A stretch of 64,000 bases of DNA. It comes from Fistulifera solaris (lineage: Eukaryota). A program made the position numbers and the translations under genes. Below, piece after piece: positions 47,640-60,559 of the stretch; the stretch's first letter is position 1; every line of letters starts with the position of its first letter. The notes under the pieces were generated by a model. That model saw nothing but the letters and a program-made list of their open reading frames with translations, was not told where the DNA came from and made no database searches. The stretch lies in the NCBI GenBank assembly GCA_030295235.1, contig AP026124.1, forward strand, positions 496,001 to 560,000, in the 5' to 3' direction.

Positions 47640-47959
47640 AGGAGGCATTCTAATAGTCGAATCGAACCATGGTAGTATTCCATGTTCGTGGTGTTTCGCT
47701 GTCGTGCAGAAATGTCGGAGTAGGCTATTAGATGCCTCTGAAAGGGTGTGTTGTAATAGTTAATGTCTCTCCCTGTCTCTTTCGGTGTAGTGTTGCTAGT
47801 TTTTTTCGTCGTGCTTGTAGCGTCTTGTAGTGAAGATGCAAATCAAAGTAATTACTGGAGTGAATATATAATAGTCGTCTTAATCTAGCAAGAACTTTGA
47901 TGTCTAAACGTGCCTAGGTCTAACATTTTTATTAAACTGAGATGCCTTTTGTTCATACT

Positions 47960-50079
47960 CTAACTTAAATTGCGTTTTCGTCGCCATTTTCCTTCTACTA
48001 CATTGCACCACCATTCCTCTGGAAGATTCTCGATGGTCAAATCTTCATCGAAAGGTCGCCCGATCAGCTTTTGATACAACTCCCTCGACGACAACGCTTT
48101 CAGTTGTTGAATGACCAAGTTTCCCACTTGGCCATCTTTGCAACACTTTTTGAAGAGAATCTCCACAATTTGTTCTCGGCTGTGAGAATCTGGCATTTGA
48201 TTGGCACACACTTTGAGAAAAAGTCCCGTAAGTCACTTGATCAGGTTTGCCGTATATTGACTTTTCAAAGTCTTTCATGATCTTATGGGCGATTTCGACC
48301 GCCCGTGTTTGTTCGGCGAGATTGTCTCCGCTGGTGTAGGCGCATGCATTCATAACGGCATTGGCAGCAACAATATTTGGCCGAACGTGTGGGTTGCCCT
48401 TTTCGCTTAGCGCTTGCATCTGGCGATACAGGTTGTACGAACGTTCGGCTTTGCCTGGTTTCTGACTTCTAGCCCATGCTGTTGATGAAGACAAGAAATG
48501 CTGAGTCACTGCGCAAAAAACAACCTTGAAACATACATTGCAGCACGTACCATTGATCACCGTACAGAAACTATGCACGTCAGGTTGGACAAATTCGTTG
48601 CCTTCTTCGCTCATTCTCGTCATCGTGTCGAGAAGATTTTCTGCGATAGCGGTAGCTTCGCTTTCACCACTTTTGCCCATGCTGAAAAAAGTATCAACTG
48701 TGAGAATATTAAGGTGGTGACATCGTAACGCAGCTCCGGGGCTTACCGTTGATAACCGAATTGAATGACCGAGTGTTTGGCCTTGCATTCGGATTTTCTT
48801 TTGACTCGTATAGATACGTCATGTGATTGAGAATATTTTGTGCCTTTTTGGGGGCATCTTCTTCGCCTGATTTGGCATAAGCATCGATGACAGAATTGTA
48901 GCTCACTGTGGTGGGCACAACATCCGTAGAGCCTCTTTTGAACAGCATTTCCATTCGATCCAAAACCTGGCCAGCTCGCTGTGCGGATCCCTCATCGTCA
49001 CAGTTAGCCCAGGCTGAAATTAATGTGTTGAAGTTGACAGTCGTTGGTTTCGCATCTTGCGCGCCGAAATTGTACAGTTCTTCCATGCGATCGAATAGCG
49101 ATTGAGCTTTTTCTCCGTCACCCGCTTTACCGTAAGCGTGTATTGCGGCGTTGAACGCTCGAGCGGTAGGCAACACACCAGGATCTCCAGCTTTGTATTT
49201 GGTTACCATCAACTCACAAAGCTCTTCTACACGTTGAGCAGAACCAGGTCGACCCGAATTAGCGTGAGCTTCCATGACGGCCGTGTACGTAAACGTATTT
49301 GGCTTGACGGACACGTCTCCGCTATTGTACATGGATTCCATACCTGCCAGAATTCGCTCGGCATCTTCGCCCGCCGTTAAACTGGCAGAGCGACTAATGG
49401 CATTAATTGCCTTGGTATAGGATCGCACATCGGGTTTCATGAGAGGATTGGATCTCCCCGTTTCTTCCATACACTTTAATAAATTCATGGCTTGTGTTGC
49501 TGCGTCATCTTCGCCCGAAAAAGCCCAAGCATCCAGTAAGAAGTTGAACGTTTTGCGTTCTACTTTCATTCCCCCTGCTACTCAATGCTGCGTCGTATTT
49601 GTCACTTTGTGCGAGCTCGAGGAGAGTAGCCGTTCGTTTCCGCAAAAGTTGGTATCGGCCATGGCCGGATTCGATCGCTGCGTCTTTCCATTCGTGTGTA
49701 AGCTTTCGTGAAGGACAACTGTGTCGCCCGCTGTAATTTTGAGATCCAGTAATTTGAAAGCTTCTGCTTCTTCTTCTTCGTCATCCTCTGGGGAAAACGA
49801 GGATGAAGAACCGGGTTCTGACACCAGCGTGGCTGGAAAGTGTGGTGGTTTGGTTGCAGGAGAAGAGCAACGATTTCGAAAAGGTATCAAATGCCCCTCA
49901 ATGTTTGGTTTCGATAAATAGCCGTGTGCCAATTCGTTGGTGACCACAGCCAGAAAATAGACGAGTGCAAATTCCTTTCTTTTTCGCGCAGAGGAATTAC
50001 AGCATCGTGGGGAGAATTGTTTGACGCCATTCTCGATCTTTTTCCGTCTCGTTGATGAATGAAGAGTAAGAAGTAGCAA
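47960..50079 (-). CDS. Pentatricopeptide-repeat protein (multi-exon, several frameshifts; start uncertain)
   Basis: Repeated P[DN]..[ST][YF]...I.A[WY] 35-aa-type units (KPDVRSYTKAINA, KPNTFTYTAVMEA, PTTVSYNSVIDAYAK) and the C-terminal LPEEWWCNV. Confidence 0.88.
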
Positions 50080-50825
50080 AGGTTTGCACTCGGATATTAG
50101 TTTTCGTAGTTGTTTTTACTTAAATGTTAATAGAAATAATTGTTTTGAAGTTTTGGATGGCCGTTGACACGTGTGCTTCTTTTTTGAGATGAAGAGTGGA
50201 GAGAAATAAGAAGACACGGTGATGCGTGATGCAAGACGATTTTGATGGCAGTTTACGCTCGAGGGGATACCTGGTAATTGTATTGTTTGGTTTCTCAGTC
50301 AACTCTAATAACGATAGTATCTTTCGACCAAGTGCGTACTACGTAAGTTCGGAGTTCGGAAAGTCACGTCGTACCGGTAACCAAACCTTTGGCTTGAAAG
50401 ACGACCATCCGTTGTCCGGTTACGGACATTTTTTTTGTTGATGCGGAAACGAGATCTTCAAACGGCGGTGCACAGAAGCTGAAGTCACTTCGAATCGAAA
50501 GCGTCAAGCTGGAGAACACATTTTAACTTTCATCCACAAAGAACGCTGAAAGGGCGTGAAGCGAAAGGGGCTCTTGTAAAGAAAGTGGAGAAGGCGCTCT
50601 ATCGCTGTTTTCTTGCGGGGGTAAGGCTTTATTCTTCGCCGTAAATGAGACTGCGAACGAGCATAGACTTCCTTCTTTGAAAAGTGCAATGCTGTGAGCC
50701 GAGCCCAGAAGCAGTCAAAGCAAACATTTGATAGTTGCACTACAAAAATCACTTTGGTGATTCACAAAATATGCTAAAAACGCTAGAAATATCAATGCTT
50801 CTTCATTGAGAACGTAAAGAAGACA

Positions 50826-51485
50826 ATGGAACAATCCACTCTTAAACGAGCTGCTACGACAGCTGAGGTGCAAGACCCTGCTGTATCCACGTGTACTCCC
50901 TCGACCACTGCTTGGGAACAGCAAGGAGTGTCGAAGCGCCCTCGTCTCGACGAGTATCGAGAATCAACGCAGGAAAGTGACGAGGACGAAGATGATACTG
51001 ATAGTAAAGAAAGCAGCCGGAGTATTGCAAATCGACGCACTGCGAGCGATAATGATGGAAGCTGGTCATTCTCTGATTCTGGCCTATCGGGGACGGAGGA
51101 TTCGCGACGTGGACAAAAGGAGCGCCGATGGATTGTTCGCAAGGACTCGGCGAACCCTTCCGTGTCGTCTGTTATTACGGAAGTTTCGGATTCCGAAATC
51201 ACGTCAACGATGCTTGGACAAGACGATGATACCGTGGGGCGTCATAAGAATCATCGGAAAGGATCGCAATCCATCGAGAGCGTGATACGAAATATGGAAT
51301 CGTGGAGTGTTACGCACATTCGCGCGTTACGGAGGAACAATGTTTATGAAAACAATCGATTATCAGGGACTGGTGCCAATTACCGCACGGCTGTGAATCA
51401 TGCGAAACGTGATGTTATGCGGACGTTACGACGATCGAGCGACGACAATCTTTTGCGATCGAGTTCGAGGGGCCTACTCAAATGA
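50826..51485 (+). CDS. Hypothetical low-complexity protein
   Basis: 219-aa ATG ORF, Ser/Asp/Arg-rich, with an NLS-like KRPRL. Confidence 0.55.
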   Translation: MEQSTLKRAATTAEVQDPAVSTCTPSTTAWEQQGVSKRPRLDEYRESTQESDEDEDDTDSKESSRSIANRRTASDNDGSWSFSDSGLSGTEDSRRGQKERRWIVRKDSANPSVSSVITEVSDSEITSTMLGQDDDTVGRHKNHRKGSQSIESVIRNMESWSVTHIRALRRNNVYENNRLSGTGANYRTAVNHAKRDVMRTLRRSSDDNLLRSSSRGLLK

Positions 51486-51701
51486 TGGGGCCACAGCACT
51501 CGATCGCTCTCCGAGTCCTATGGATGAGTTTTAATTTATAATTCATTCTTTTCGAGAAATATGAGGTCCCTCCGTTCGATTCCCTTCACCATTTAAATGC
51601 TCATAAGGGCCGCATAGAATTTGTTGACTTTACAAGAAAAACAATTACGTTAATGATATAGAAGCGCAGACGATGCCTGAATAAAAGCTTTCGTCAATCA
51701 T

Positions 51702-52210
51702 CTAGGCATCATTCGCTTCTCGAACAGCGACTCCCATTGTTCCACAGGTACCTACTACAGACCGAGCAATCCCCTCAAGAGGAAGATGCCATCGCATTTC
51801 GTCTTGTTGCTTGATTTTGGCTATTTCATAGACAGCTTCTGGAGTTATATACGCTACTGGTGCATCTGGATTCGGCTGAGCTGGTCCTTTCTCTAATCCG
51901 ACGACACGTTTGATGAGATACGATGTCGGTGGACTTCTCACGTCAAACGTAAAGCTTCGATCCGACATGGCCGACAATCGGATGGACAGCAAAATGTCTT
52001 TTTCATAAACGGATTCTGTCCGTTCGTTAAACTGCTTGCAAAATTCAGCCATGTTAATTCCCTGAAGAAGAAAAGTAAGAATTTTCTGCGTAATGGGAAA
52101 ATGCGGCAATTCTTTCTACTTACCAGCGGACCGAGTGCTTGTCCCAGCGCCGGACCGGGGCGTGCGTTTCCTGCTAAACATCTTAGTTTCACAAATCTAA
52201 CAAAGGACAT
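51702..52210 (-). CDS. MRPL11: Mitochondrial ribosomal protein uL11; intron ~52063-52122
   Basis: AG.A.PGPALGQALGPL|GINMAEFCKQFN, DRSFTF, PPTSYLIK, VYEIAKIK and GT..TMG. Confidence 0.93.
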
Positions 52211-52483
52211 AATGCGCTGCAGTTCTTGGCATAAAAGACAAAAGGTTTGTTGCTATTATTCGTACTTGCTTTTTGTTTCACTGAAAGTTGCTGCTTGATG
52301 ATGTTGCGTGGAGGAGGTTTAGTCATGGATGTTTAATCATGAGTTAGAGTTACTGAAAATTGATGATCGATTCCTAAGGTCATAAACTCTTGCTATTGAA
52401 ACCATTCGTTTGATAGACCTAAAAATATTCTCTGTAATTTTAATTACTCCATTCAATCGTAGAACAATGATTGGAGGGCTGCT

Positions 52484-55400
52484 TCATAACCAGAGTCGAT
52501 TTCGGCCTTTGGAGACAAGAAAGATACAAACACGAATCAAAAGGAAAATCATCCATGAAATCATAGTCGCCGTCGAACTCCAGCTCCTCTTTGCGGTCTT
52601 CGGGTGTCCTCTTACTTCTTCTGCTTCTACATGTTTCTTCGCCCCGGGTTTCAGCAGGACCTTCAATAACATTTATGCGGTGAGTCGGTCAGGTGTCATC
52701 AGGGATGTCGCCGGAACATTTGTTGTTGCGAAGTCTTCTTTTTAACTGTTGCAACTGATTGTGACGTTTGCGACGAAGAGTTCTCACAAGCTCGCCATCT
52801 CCGGCTCTGGCGTTGCCTTCATTGTTTCGTCGGTGCTCGTTCGCTGAAGCTTCGACATTCCGCGATCTCCGAGAAATACAAACACAGGCTTCGCTTTCTC
52901 AAGTCGAATCGGCTTCGAGACTTGTGTTGCTTCAGTATTGCATTTCGTTTGTACTCTTGAGTAATTGCTGATTTGGATAGATGGCTCGATGCCCCTATCC
53001 ATCGTTGCCACAATGGTCGCTCGTTTTTGGATCCTTCAAATCAACATAGACTACTTTAAGAGCCAAAACAGAAATTCACTATGGATCCAAGCGATTGCTT
53101 CTGAAACTAAGTTTTGCCGATGTCGGGTCAATCCCTCTGACGGGGTTGGCGACCAATTTGTTTTTTCAGGTGGGCAACTAATGGATCCTCTTCGGTAGCG
53201 GCATGCACAGAACGAGTCTCGTCTTCTTTGTCATGGCTTGCTTCGGGTTCAAGGTCGTCACAAAGCGAAAGTGTAGAATCAGTCTCGGTGGGCTTGTCTA
53301 AGCCCTGCACAAAGACCTTTGTGGATTCAAGGCACGCCTCTACAACCGTTTGGGTTTGCGCTGGTTTCGGTAAGCTTTGAAGTAATAAGCCCGAGACATG
53401 AGAGGAAGCTTGAATGTCTTCAGCTTTATGATTGATGACACGATTCTCGTGATGAGTATGCAGCTGGTTGTCACTTCCGGTCTTTGCATCAGGGAGACCT
53501 CGTATTAGATAGTGCGGAATAACACACCTAGCACCTTGCTCGGTATAGTTAGTCTGGAGGGTTTTCAGTTTTGTTAGTGGTTCATTCTTCCGTATCAACA
53601 GCATATTCAAGGGCTTTGATCGAAGCGTGCTTGTAGTCGGAAAGGGCATTCGCGTTGCCGAAGCCAAAGAGACCGGCGATACTTTTTCTCTTCAATCTTT
53701 TGCCTTGTTTTTCACGTTGTAGCTTCATCATCTCCGCTAGGTGGTTACTTTGCTTGCATTTATAGCGGTTCTATGATGCGTCTTGCCCGGTGATTCCATT
53801 TCTGCCAAGATGCGGAGGCTGCCCTGTGACATTGTCTGTAAACGCGCAGAATGGCAATGGTATTGGTCTGTCTCGTACCCTGAGGGTGGTACCGTGAATT
53901 CAGGCTGATATTTATCAGATTGCGATGAATCTCGTTGTCTGACCGGGCTCTGGTCGTAAGAAGGTCTTGTACCAAGTGTTGAAATTGTGTCCAAACCGGG
54001 AAAAGTAATTATGTTTTTTCCGTCACCGCATTGCAAGAACGTGTGAAATGAATTTGTTGCCTCAACGATATCGCAATCATTGCTGGATAGCACTGTGTAT
54101 CGATCAAACATATTGTCTGCAGTTGAAGAGAGCAAATTTGGAGATGAATCAGTTTCTTCTTTGGAGCCGGATGGCACAGTCCCCGCTTTGTGACGGCCTC
54201 AATGTCGAGTTGTTCTGCCCATATCTCGCTTTCCCCTTTTTGTTCTTCAAAATAGGTTTATGCCCAGCTATGGTCAGAGAATTATCCATGGGGATCGAAA
54301 CACTGCAATTGTTTGCTAGAAGATCAGGATACACTTCTGCTGCTGCTACAACTAGTCTCGACGTTGAATCCTGGGTCTTTCCATTTTGTACCATGCGCTC
54401 TAGTGTTGAGACCACTCGAGTCCTGTTTGCTGCAGAATCCTGTATGAAATGTATTTTCACGTTCTTCCGGGAATCTTTACTTTTGGTGTCATTGATGGGA
54501 ATGTCCTGTACTCTCGCCTCAGCCGGGCAGTACTTTCACTTGTGGATGGTCAAGGTAATTGACTTTGTGACGTAGCTCTTCCTGCACGATGAGTCGTTTC
54601 CACTGACAAGCAACGCAGCATCTGTATCTGGTGTTGTCTTTTCTGTCCGTTTCTTTTCTTGTCTGGTTGATTTCTTGGACGCGAATAAGCCTCCCGAACA
54701 AACTAGACCTTCGCGATGAGAGTTCTCGCCAGTATTCGTCCCTGTTTTGGTTATGATCGTATCTGTGTCTTCCGGTTGAGCATTTGTGGATGGCTTGTGT
54801 AACCCCTTCTCTTCTGGTCTTTCCGTCATTTGCTCGGGAGTGGTAGTTGCGGCCTCTTCCTCCCGGGCCATCCAGAATTTCATTCAATGAACTCATACTC
54901 AGGATATTGAAATCTTTAAGTTTTGTGACGTGCTTAAAAGTTGCATCAGATGAATGAGATGCTTCCAGTTTAGTATTTGAAAGCAGTTTGTAACCATCCA
55001 ATGAAACCCTTGGCGTCGCAACTTTGTTTTCCCGGGAGAATGAAATCCATAAAACTTCGCGCTCTGCTGGCGTGATTCTCTCCTTCACTTTGCGATGTAT
55101 CATTGTTGAGTTGTTGGTTGAGTTCCTGTACTTTCAATACTTCTGCCTTTCCTTTGGTGATCGCATCATTGAGAATTGTTGCTAACCCTTCCGACGTGTT
55201 CATTGGTGGCTCGGCTAAGCTTCTTGCTTCTAGTGCTAAAGAGAAGGCTTTGTTCGATAGCTCACTACTCCTTTGCACAGATTCTTCATTGAGTGCTTGC
55301 TCAAGCATCTGCTTGGCTGCCGCTTCTTTCTCAGCAGTAACGAGCAGTGTCAATTTGGAGCTCACCACATTATCTTTCAGTTTCACAATTAGCTCAAGCT

Positions 55401-55752
55401 TCTCCGGGAACTGTATCGATCATCGGCTCGGGTAAGACTATTATATGACCTCTTGTTGCGTCGGTAACTATCTGTTCTGTTCTCTGTGTCATCAGAAGTT
55501 TTGTTGCCACCCCTGAATTCGAGTTTACGTTCGATGATTTGGCCTCATTCTCGACCCACAAAATTTCTTGCCCTTGTTCCTCCCGGGAAAGTTTTCTTCT
55601 GTGGCAACAGAAATAATAGAGCTTTTGAGGCCTTCAAGAATTGTCGGTTCAGGATAAGACCCTTTCATGTTTGTTACCAATATTGCGTCAGGGACGTTGC
55701 CTTTTTGATTTGGATTGAGTGTTGGGCTTTTCTGAAGAATGGTTTCCCCCAT
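52484..55752 (-). pseudogene. Fragmented long low-complexity ORF (coiled-coil plus disordered region, C-terminal hydrophobic helix); pseudogene or badly assembled gene
   Basis: A chain of at least 8 minus-strand ORF fragments of similar S/T/E/K-rich composition in alternating frames. Confidence 0.4.
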
Positions 55753-56184
55753 TGATATTTGAGTTCACTGGATTGTAACGTTTCCAACGTTTCTTTCAGT
55801 TATTTGTTCCAGTTCAATTTCAGAAAAGCGATGAGTGAGGCGACATGAATTTAGCAATTCAATTTGAAATTGTGGCGAAGAGCAAGGTCAATTATTTCGA
55901 GAGGTGTGCGCATTCCTCATTCTAATTAATCTTGTTGTATTTAGCAACTCCAAAAGTACATTCACATAGGTGTCTGTATAAGTAAATGATCATGAAGTCT
56001 TATGGCCATGTTATCTCAACGGATGCAAGAAGTATTTTGCTACTAATCATTCGGTGCAAGCCAGAGGTGTATCAATTGTCCGGCTCGCGCGGGTCGCGGC
56101 AAAGGCAAAAGTCAACAGAAACGGAATGACCGAATACGTCACCATTGCGTCACAGAAAATTTTTTTTGGCCTCCGGTTAACTGG

Positions 56185-56275
56185 TACCTGGGAACGGCGT
56201 TAAAATTCTGCCTCGTCGTAGACGCTACGTAGAATCTTGTACTGGGAGGCAGAATTTTAACGTCCTTCCCTGGTA
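56185..56275. repeat. Inverted repeat with ~30-bp arms (17 bp perfect) and a 31-nt spacer
   Basis: TACCTGGGAACGGCGTTAAAATTCTGCCTC ... GAGGCAGAATTTTAACGTCCTTCCCTGGTA. Confidence 0.9.
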
Positions 56276-56474
56276 TTTTAGGATCGGCCTCTCAACAAAA
56301 TGTCTATTGTCCATGATTGAAGGTCATTCACGTTTTCTGTTTTCTGGCTCCTTCGCTGAGGTTCATCTGCATCTGCCTGCGGCATCCGCTCGTCCGGTGG
56401 TAACCATGGTGATGAGCACATTGTTCGGAGATCTTCGCTCCTTAATTTTTCCTTGATAGCAACTATAATTAAAA

Positions 56475-57213
56475 ATGACAACAGAGGTATCTATGATGCA
56501 TTCTGCCGAGTCTCAGAACTTGAAGGACGGGGAAGTGAGCACCGGCACAACTATCATTGCAATCCCTTTTCAAGGCGGTGTGGTCGTTGGTGCGGATTCG
56601 CGCACGTCTACCGGAAGTTATGTTGCTGTACGGACGTCAGATAAAATCGCTTGTCTTTCCGATCATATCTACGCCTGTCGATCAGGAAGTGCCGCTGACA
56701 CGCAGGCGTTGACTGATTATATCCGTTATTATTTGCAACAACTCAAGTAAGTTGTCCAGCGCGTCTTGCGAAACTCTTGGTCTACATCTCACACCAAGTT
56801 ATTTATCAATTAGAATTGAGACTGGTCGTCCTGCTCGGGTTAAGTCGGCCGCCCATTTGCTACAGAAGCTCGTTTACCAGAACAAAGACAACCTAAGCGC
56901 TGGTATGATTGTCGCAGGATGGGATCCAGTCGAAGGACCCGCGATTTACAGTATTGCCTTGGGTGGAACTTGTCTTAAGGTCCCATTTGCGTTCAGTGGG
57001 TCTGGAAGTTTGTATATTACCGGTTTGCTGGATTCAGAGTTTCGGGAGAACATGTCAAAAGAGGAGGCGAGAGCGTTGGTCAAAAAGGCCCTTGCCCATG
57101 CCATGGCCCGTGACGGCTCATCTGGAGGAATCATCCGAACCGTTGCTATCACAGCAGAAGGCAATGATCGCGATTACACATCAGAGCTTCCCTACGGGCC
57201 TGTTTCGTACTGA
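56475..57213 (+). CDS. PSMB6: 20S proteasome subunit beta1 (PSMB6/Pre3); intron 56747-56813
   Basis: [11 protein letters not shown] (catalytic Thr), [25 protein letters not shown] and [10 protein letters not shown]. Confidence 0.96.
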
Positions 57214-57813
57214 TTTGTTTTAATGCTTATAACCTTTGACTTACATTCTTTTTACCGCGTTGGGATCGTTGCAGTGGAGTCGACTACAACAGCCTGTTTG
57301 AGTTTACATACCTCCTCTATCTTGTTCGAAGCTATGACTTGTCAAACGGTAGAACATCTTCTAATGCTTATCAACAGCTGAGCTCTTGAACACACTAGTC
57401 GAAATGTTACGTGAAGATTAAGTCGACTTGGGAGTACTGCGGTTTCCCGCTTTCATTGAGCTAAGTCCATTGCTGAAGTTGAGCTATAAAATGCAACATT
57501 TTAGTGAAATCGAAAAGTGGTCATGCTCATCCAACCCTCTATCATTTTATCATTGGCTTCGTCGAATTGTATCATATCCGGGTTTCCCCATTGATAAATT
57601 TCCTACGGCGGATACGTAACAAGACGTCTTGGACGCCAAACAACGAGCCAGCACTCGTGACACACACTCTCAACTAACAACACACAACATCTCGCGTTTC
57701 GGCCGTAATCTCCAACATTCTGCTCTTGACTTATAAAAAAGAACATAGCAGGCTTTCTTGTCTTCAATTGTGTCGGGCAAAAGGAATTGTGTCAATGGGC
57801 AGCAAGGATTATT

Positions 57814-59091
57814 ATGAAGACTTTTTCAACAACCCAATTTCTCCTCCTATTTGTTCTATTCGGAAAGTCCAAATCAAATAAGACGATAAGGGGCGCTTCA
57901 AAGGACAAGTTAGGTTTACAAAATGAGTTCCCAAGCATCGATGACACAGTGGAGATGGCGGCTCTCTCTGTGATTGTATACACGTTCCGCGATGTACTAG
58001 ATGACACAGGTGTTTGTCAAATGGTGAATGATCGAAATTTCAATACGACTGGCTTGCATGTTCCGGAAGTCATTCAAAAAAACACCGACATTGAGTGCCA
58101 CTGGTATCTGCATGATCGAATACAGGGAACACAAGTCATGCTGGTTTCCTCTCCCTCCAAGAATTACAACGCTTTAGTATTCGCTGGGACGGATAACATG
58201 AGGTCGGCGCTCACGGATGCGGATATCATGACGGTTCCGTTTGGTGATGGGGAAAGTACGGTATTGCCCCCCGATTTGGCAATACGCGTTCATGCTGGTT
58301 TCAATCACGGTGTCTTTCTTCAAAATATCTTTGCGCAGGTGCTCGACCATTTCCATGCGTTGCAGTCGAAATATCCGTCGCATCGGCTGTTCACGACGGG
58401 CCATTCGCTGGGGGCGGCCGAGTCGATATTGGCGGCGGTCGCTCTTACAATGAAACAAAAAGAACATAAGAGTCGCTATCGTTGGTGGCCATGGAAGCGC
58501 AAAAAGACAGTTCAACCCATTACGAATATTAACTTTGGGTGTCCTAGAATTGGTAACGAGAACTGGAGAGCGTTTGTCGACGACGATTCTTCCGTTGCAA
58601 ATCTGGCCATCTGGCGACTTGTTCTGGGCTGGGATCTCGTACCACGCTTACCAGAACTATTTAAACATGTCGGTCACACCATCGAGTTGCTGAAAAATAG
58701 TCTTGCGGACGAAAGTGGGAGCAATGCCACTGCCGTGGCCTACTATCAACATTACGGAGACGAGTCTCTCGGGTTGGCCGGCGTCCCTTTTGGCTGGTCC
58801 GCAAAACCTTATATTTGGGTCCCAGGTGCCTTGTGGTCGCATCACGTCACCAAATACTGGAGTGTTTTGAATAATTGGGCCAACTCAACAATGGAACATC
58901 GAGCTGCGTGGGTGAGTGAATTTGAAAAGGTGGATTCATCACATAACAACAGTGACGACGGTAGACCAAGGAACGTTGACGACGATTTCTGGGTGAATCC
59001 ACCAGACGATGATTTCCAGCATAGAGGTGATTTGCTTGATTCGCGCCTCGAGCAGATGATATCGGATGAACCGTATCGCGCGGTTGCATAG
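57814..59091 (+). CDS. Secreted class 3 lipase
   Basis: Signal peptide; FAGTD, VHAGF, TGHSLGAA, FGCPRIGN, DLVPRLP and HVGH. Confidence 0.9.
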   Translation: MKTFSTTQFLLLFVLFGKSKSNKTIRGASKDKLGLQNEFPSIDDTVEMAALSVIVYTFRDVLDDTGVCQMVNDRNFNTTGLHVPEVIQKNTDIECHWYLHDRIQGTQVMLVSSPSKNYNALVFAGTDNMRSALTDADIMTVPFGDGESTVLPPDLAIRVHAGFNHGVFLQNIFAQVLDHFHALQSKYPSHRLFTTGHSLGAAESILAAVALTMKQKEHKSRYRWWPWKRKKTVQPITNINFGCPRIGNENWRAFVDDDSSVANLAIWRLVLGWDLVPRLPELFKHVGHTIELLKNSLADESGSNATAVAYYQHYGDESLGLAGVPFGWSAKPYIWVPGALWSHHVTKYWSVLNNWANSTMEHRAAWVSEFEKVDSSHNNSDDGRPRNVDDDFWVNPPDDDFQHRGDLLDSRLEQMISDEPYRAVA

Positions 59092-59144
59092 TGCTGTTTA
59101 CTTTTATTTTGTAGTACGTAATTGTTTCAATTTGCACGCTTGTC

Positions 59145-60095
59145 CTACTCGAGTTTTCTCCTGACAAGGACAGAGAAAATATAATAGTCAGCTATTGTAT
59201 GAGAAAAGATTGGAAGCCAAATACCTCCCCGCGTTTGATCCGCCATCCACCCAAGGAGAAAACCGTAAAGGAAAGTCAACGCAACTCCCGTCATGCCGCT
59301 AGGGATTCCGTTGTAGTGCCGTATGCCAAACAATATAGACTGCCCCAGGTTCGAGTACAAAGTGATGCTGGGATCTGTTAGAATAGTATTCGTTGAAATG
59401 CCTTGGATTGTTTCGAGCCAATTGAGATGGTTCTGGCCATAAACAGTGGGTATCCATGCCACAGCAAAGATTGAGCGCCAAAGCACCCTAGCGGACAGCT
59501 CTTCGCATATTGCGTTGATTGCTGCCAAGCTAAGCAGCTGTAGACGTTCTCTTCGTGTTAGAGGCCTCTCTAAGGACCCACGGAGCATGCGGTTGACACC
59601 GGCATGATTTCCTCGCGATTGGAGAAGCTTGGACCATAGCTGTAACACAACGTTGACTGTGAACGAGAAAATGGCCACAGACAAAATCGCAGACCAAGAA
59701 GGTGAAAATCCTAGTTCCAAATGCATCGGAAAGGATTGTAGCCCTGCTTGCGGTCCTGTGTAATACCACAAAAGAAAACCCACCAGAATCTCACATAACT
59801 TAGAAAGGCCGTGACCCAAAGGACCTCCATTAACAATCCAAATTGGGACGAAAGGGAACAAGCGAGGCCATGATGCAATTACAAAAGACGACAGACATCT
59901 CCACCATACCAACGAGCATAAGAATAGTAACATTGGCAAGAAATAAGTCTCTCGTAAAGTCCAGTAGATTGCAAAGAAAGAGAGAACCGCCGAAGCAGCA
60001 ATGTGAATGGGAACGCGACGCTCATTGTTTCGAAAAAGATTCCAACCTATATCGTGCGCAATCGCTATTAAAACTGTAAAGGCCACCAATAACAT
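59145..60095 (-). CDS. CPBP/Abi (CAAX type II) intramembrane protease
   Basis: Multiple TMs; CEELSAR, FGIRH and HTIAD motifs. Confidence 0.8.
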   Translation of the reverse strand: MLLVAFTVLIAIAHDIGWNLFRNNERRVPIHIAASAVLSFFAIYWTLRETYFLPMLLFLCSLVWWRCLSSFVIASWPRLFPFVPIWIVNGGPLGHGLSKLCEILVGFLLWYYTGPQAGLQSFPMHLELGFSPSWSAILSVAIFSFTVNVVLQLWSKLLQSRGNHAGVNRMLRGSLERPLTRRERLQLLSLAAINAICEELSARVLWRSIFAVAWIPTVYGQNHLNWLETIQGISTNTILTDPSITLYSNLGQSILFGIRHYNGIPSGMTGVALTFLYGFLLGWMADQTRGGIWLPIFSHTIADYYIFSVLVRRKLE

Positions 60096-60559
60096 AAGCG
60101 AAGGAAGAGGAACTCAAGAAACCTTGAACAATTATCCTCGGCATTGTTCATGCAGTAAATATTGTCGTCGTTGCGTGAAAAATCGTTCCAGAATTTTGCT
60201 GTGAATTATTTTTTTGTAAAGGTGACATAGTACGACTCAACTCTAAAAAAGTCCCGTGTAAAGTCTGACTAGAGAATTTATGAGCGACATTTCATCTGCG
60301 TTTTTGGGTTTATTTTAGCAGTACTTGACCAGAGATCAGACAAAGACTATAGCCATCTATCTGTAGTATCGTGGTTGCTTTTGGACGTTCTTGTTGAAAA
60401 ACTTGTGCGGTATTCATTGAATGACAACCGTCAGAAATGAGATTTTGGCTATCACTATCCTTGAAGATTCTATGGGCCTTCGTAAAGACAATCCTCGATC
60501 GTCGATGTTTAATCGTCGCGGCTCAGTAAAATAGCTAGAAAGTTTACCGTAGCGCTCAA

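Noticed and set aside
51565..51592. tRNA T-loop-like GTTCGATTCCC
   Set aside because: No T-stem pairing and no cloverleaf upstream.
52321..52356. Additional degenerate copy of the palindromic element upstream of uL11m
   Set aside because: Only AGTCATG..AATCATGA..AGTTAC matches; the second arm is missing.
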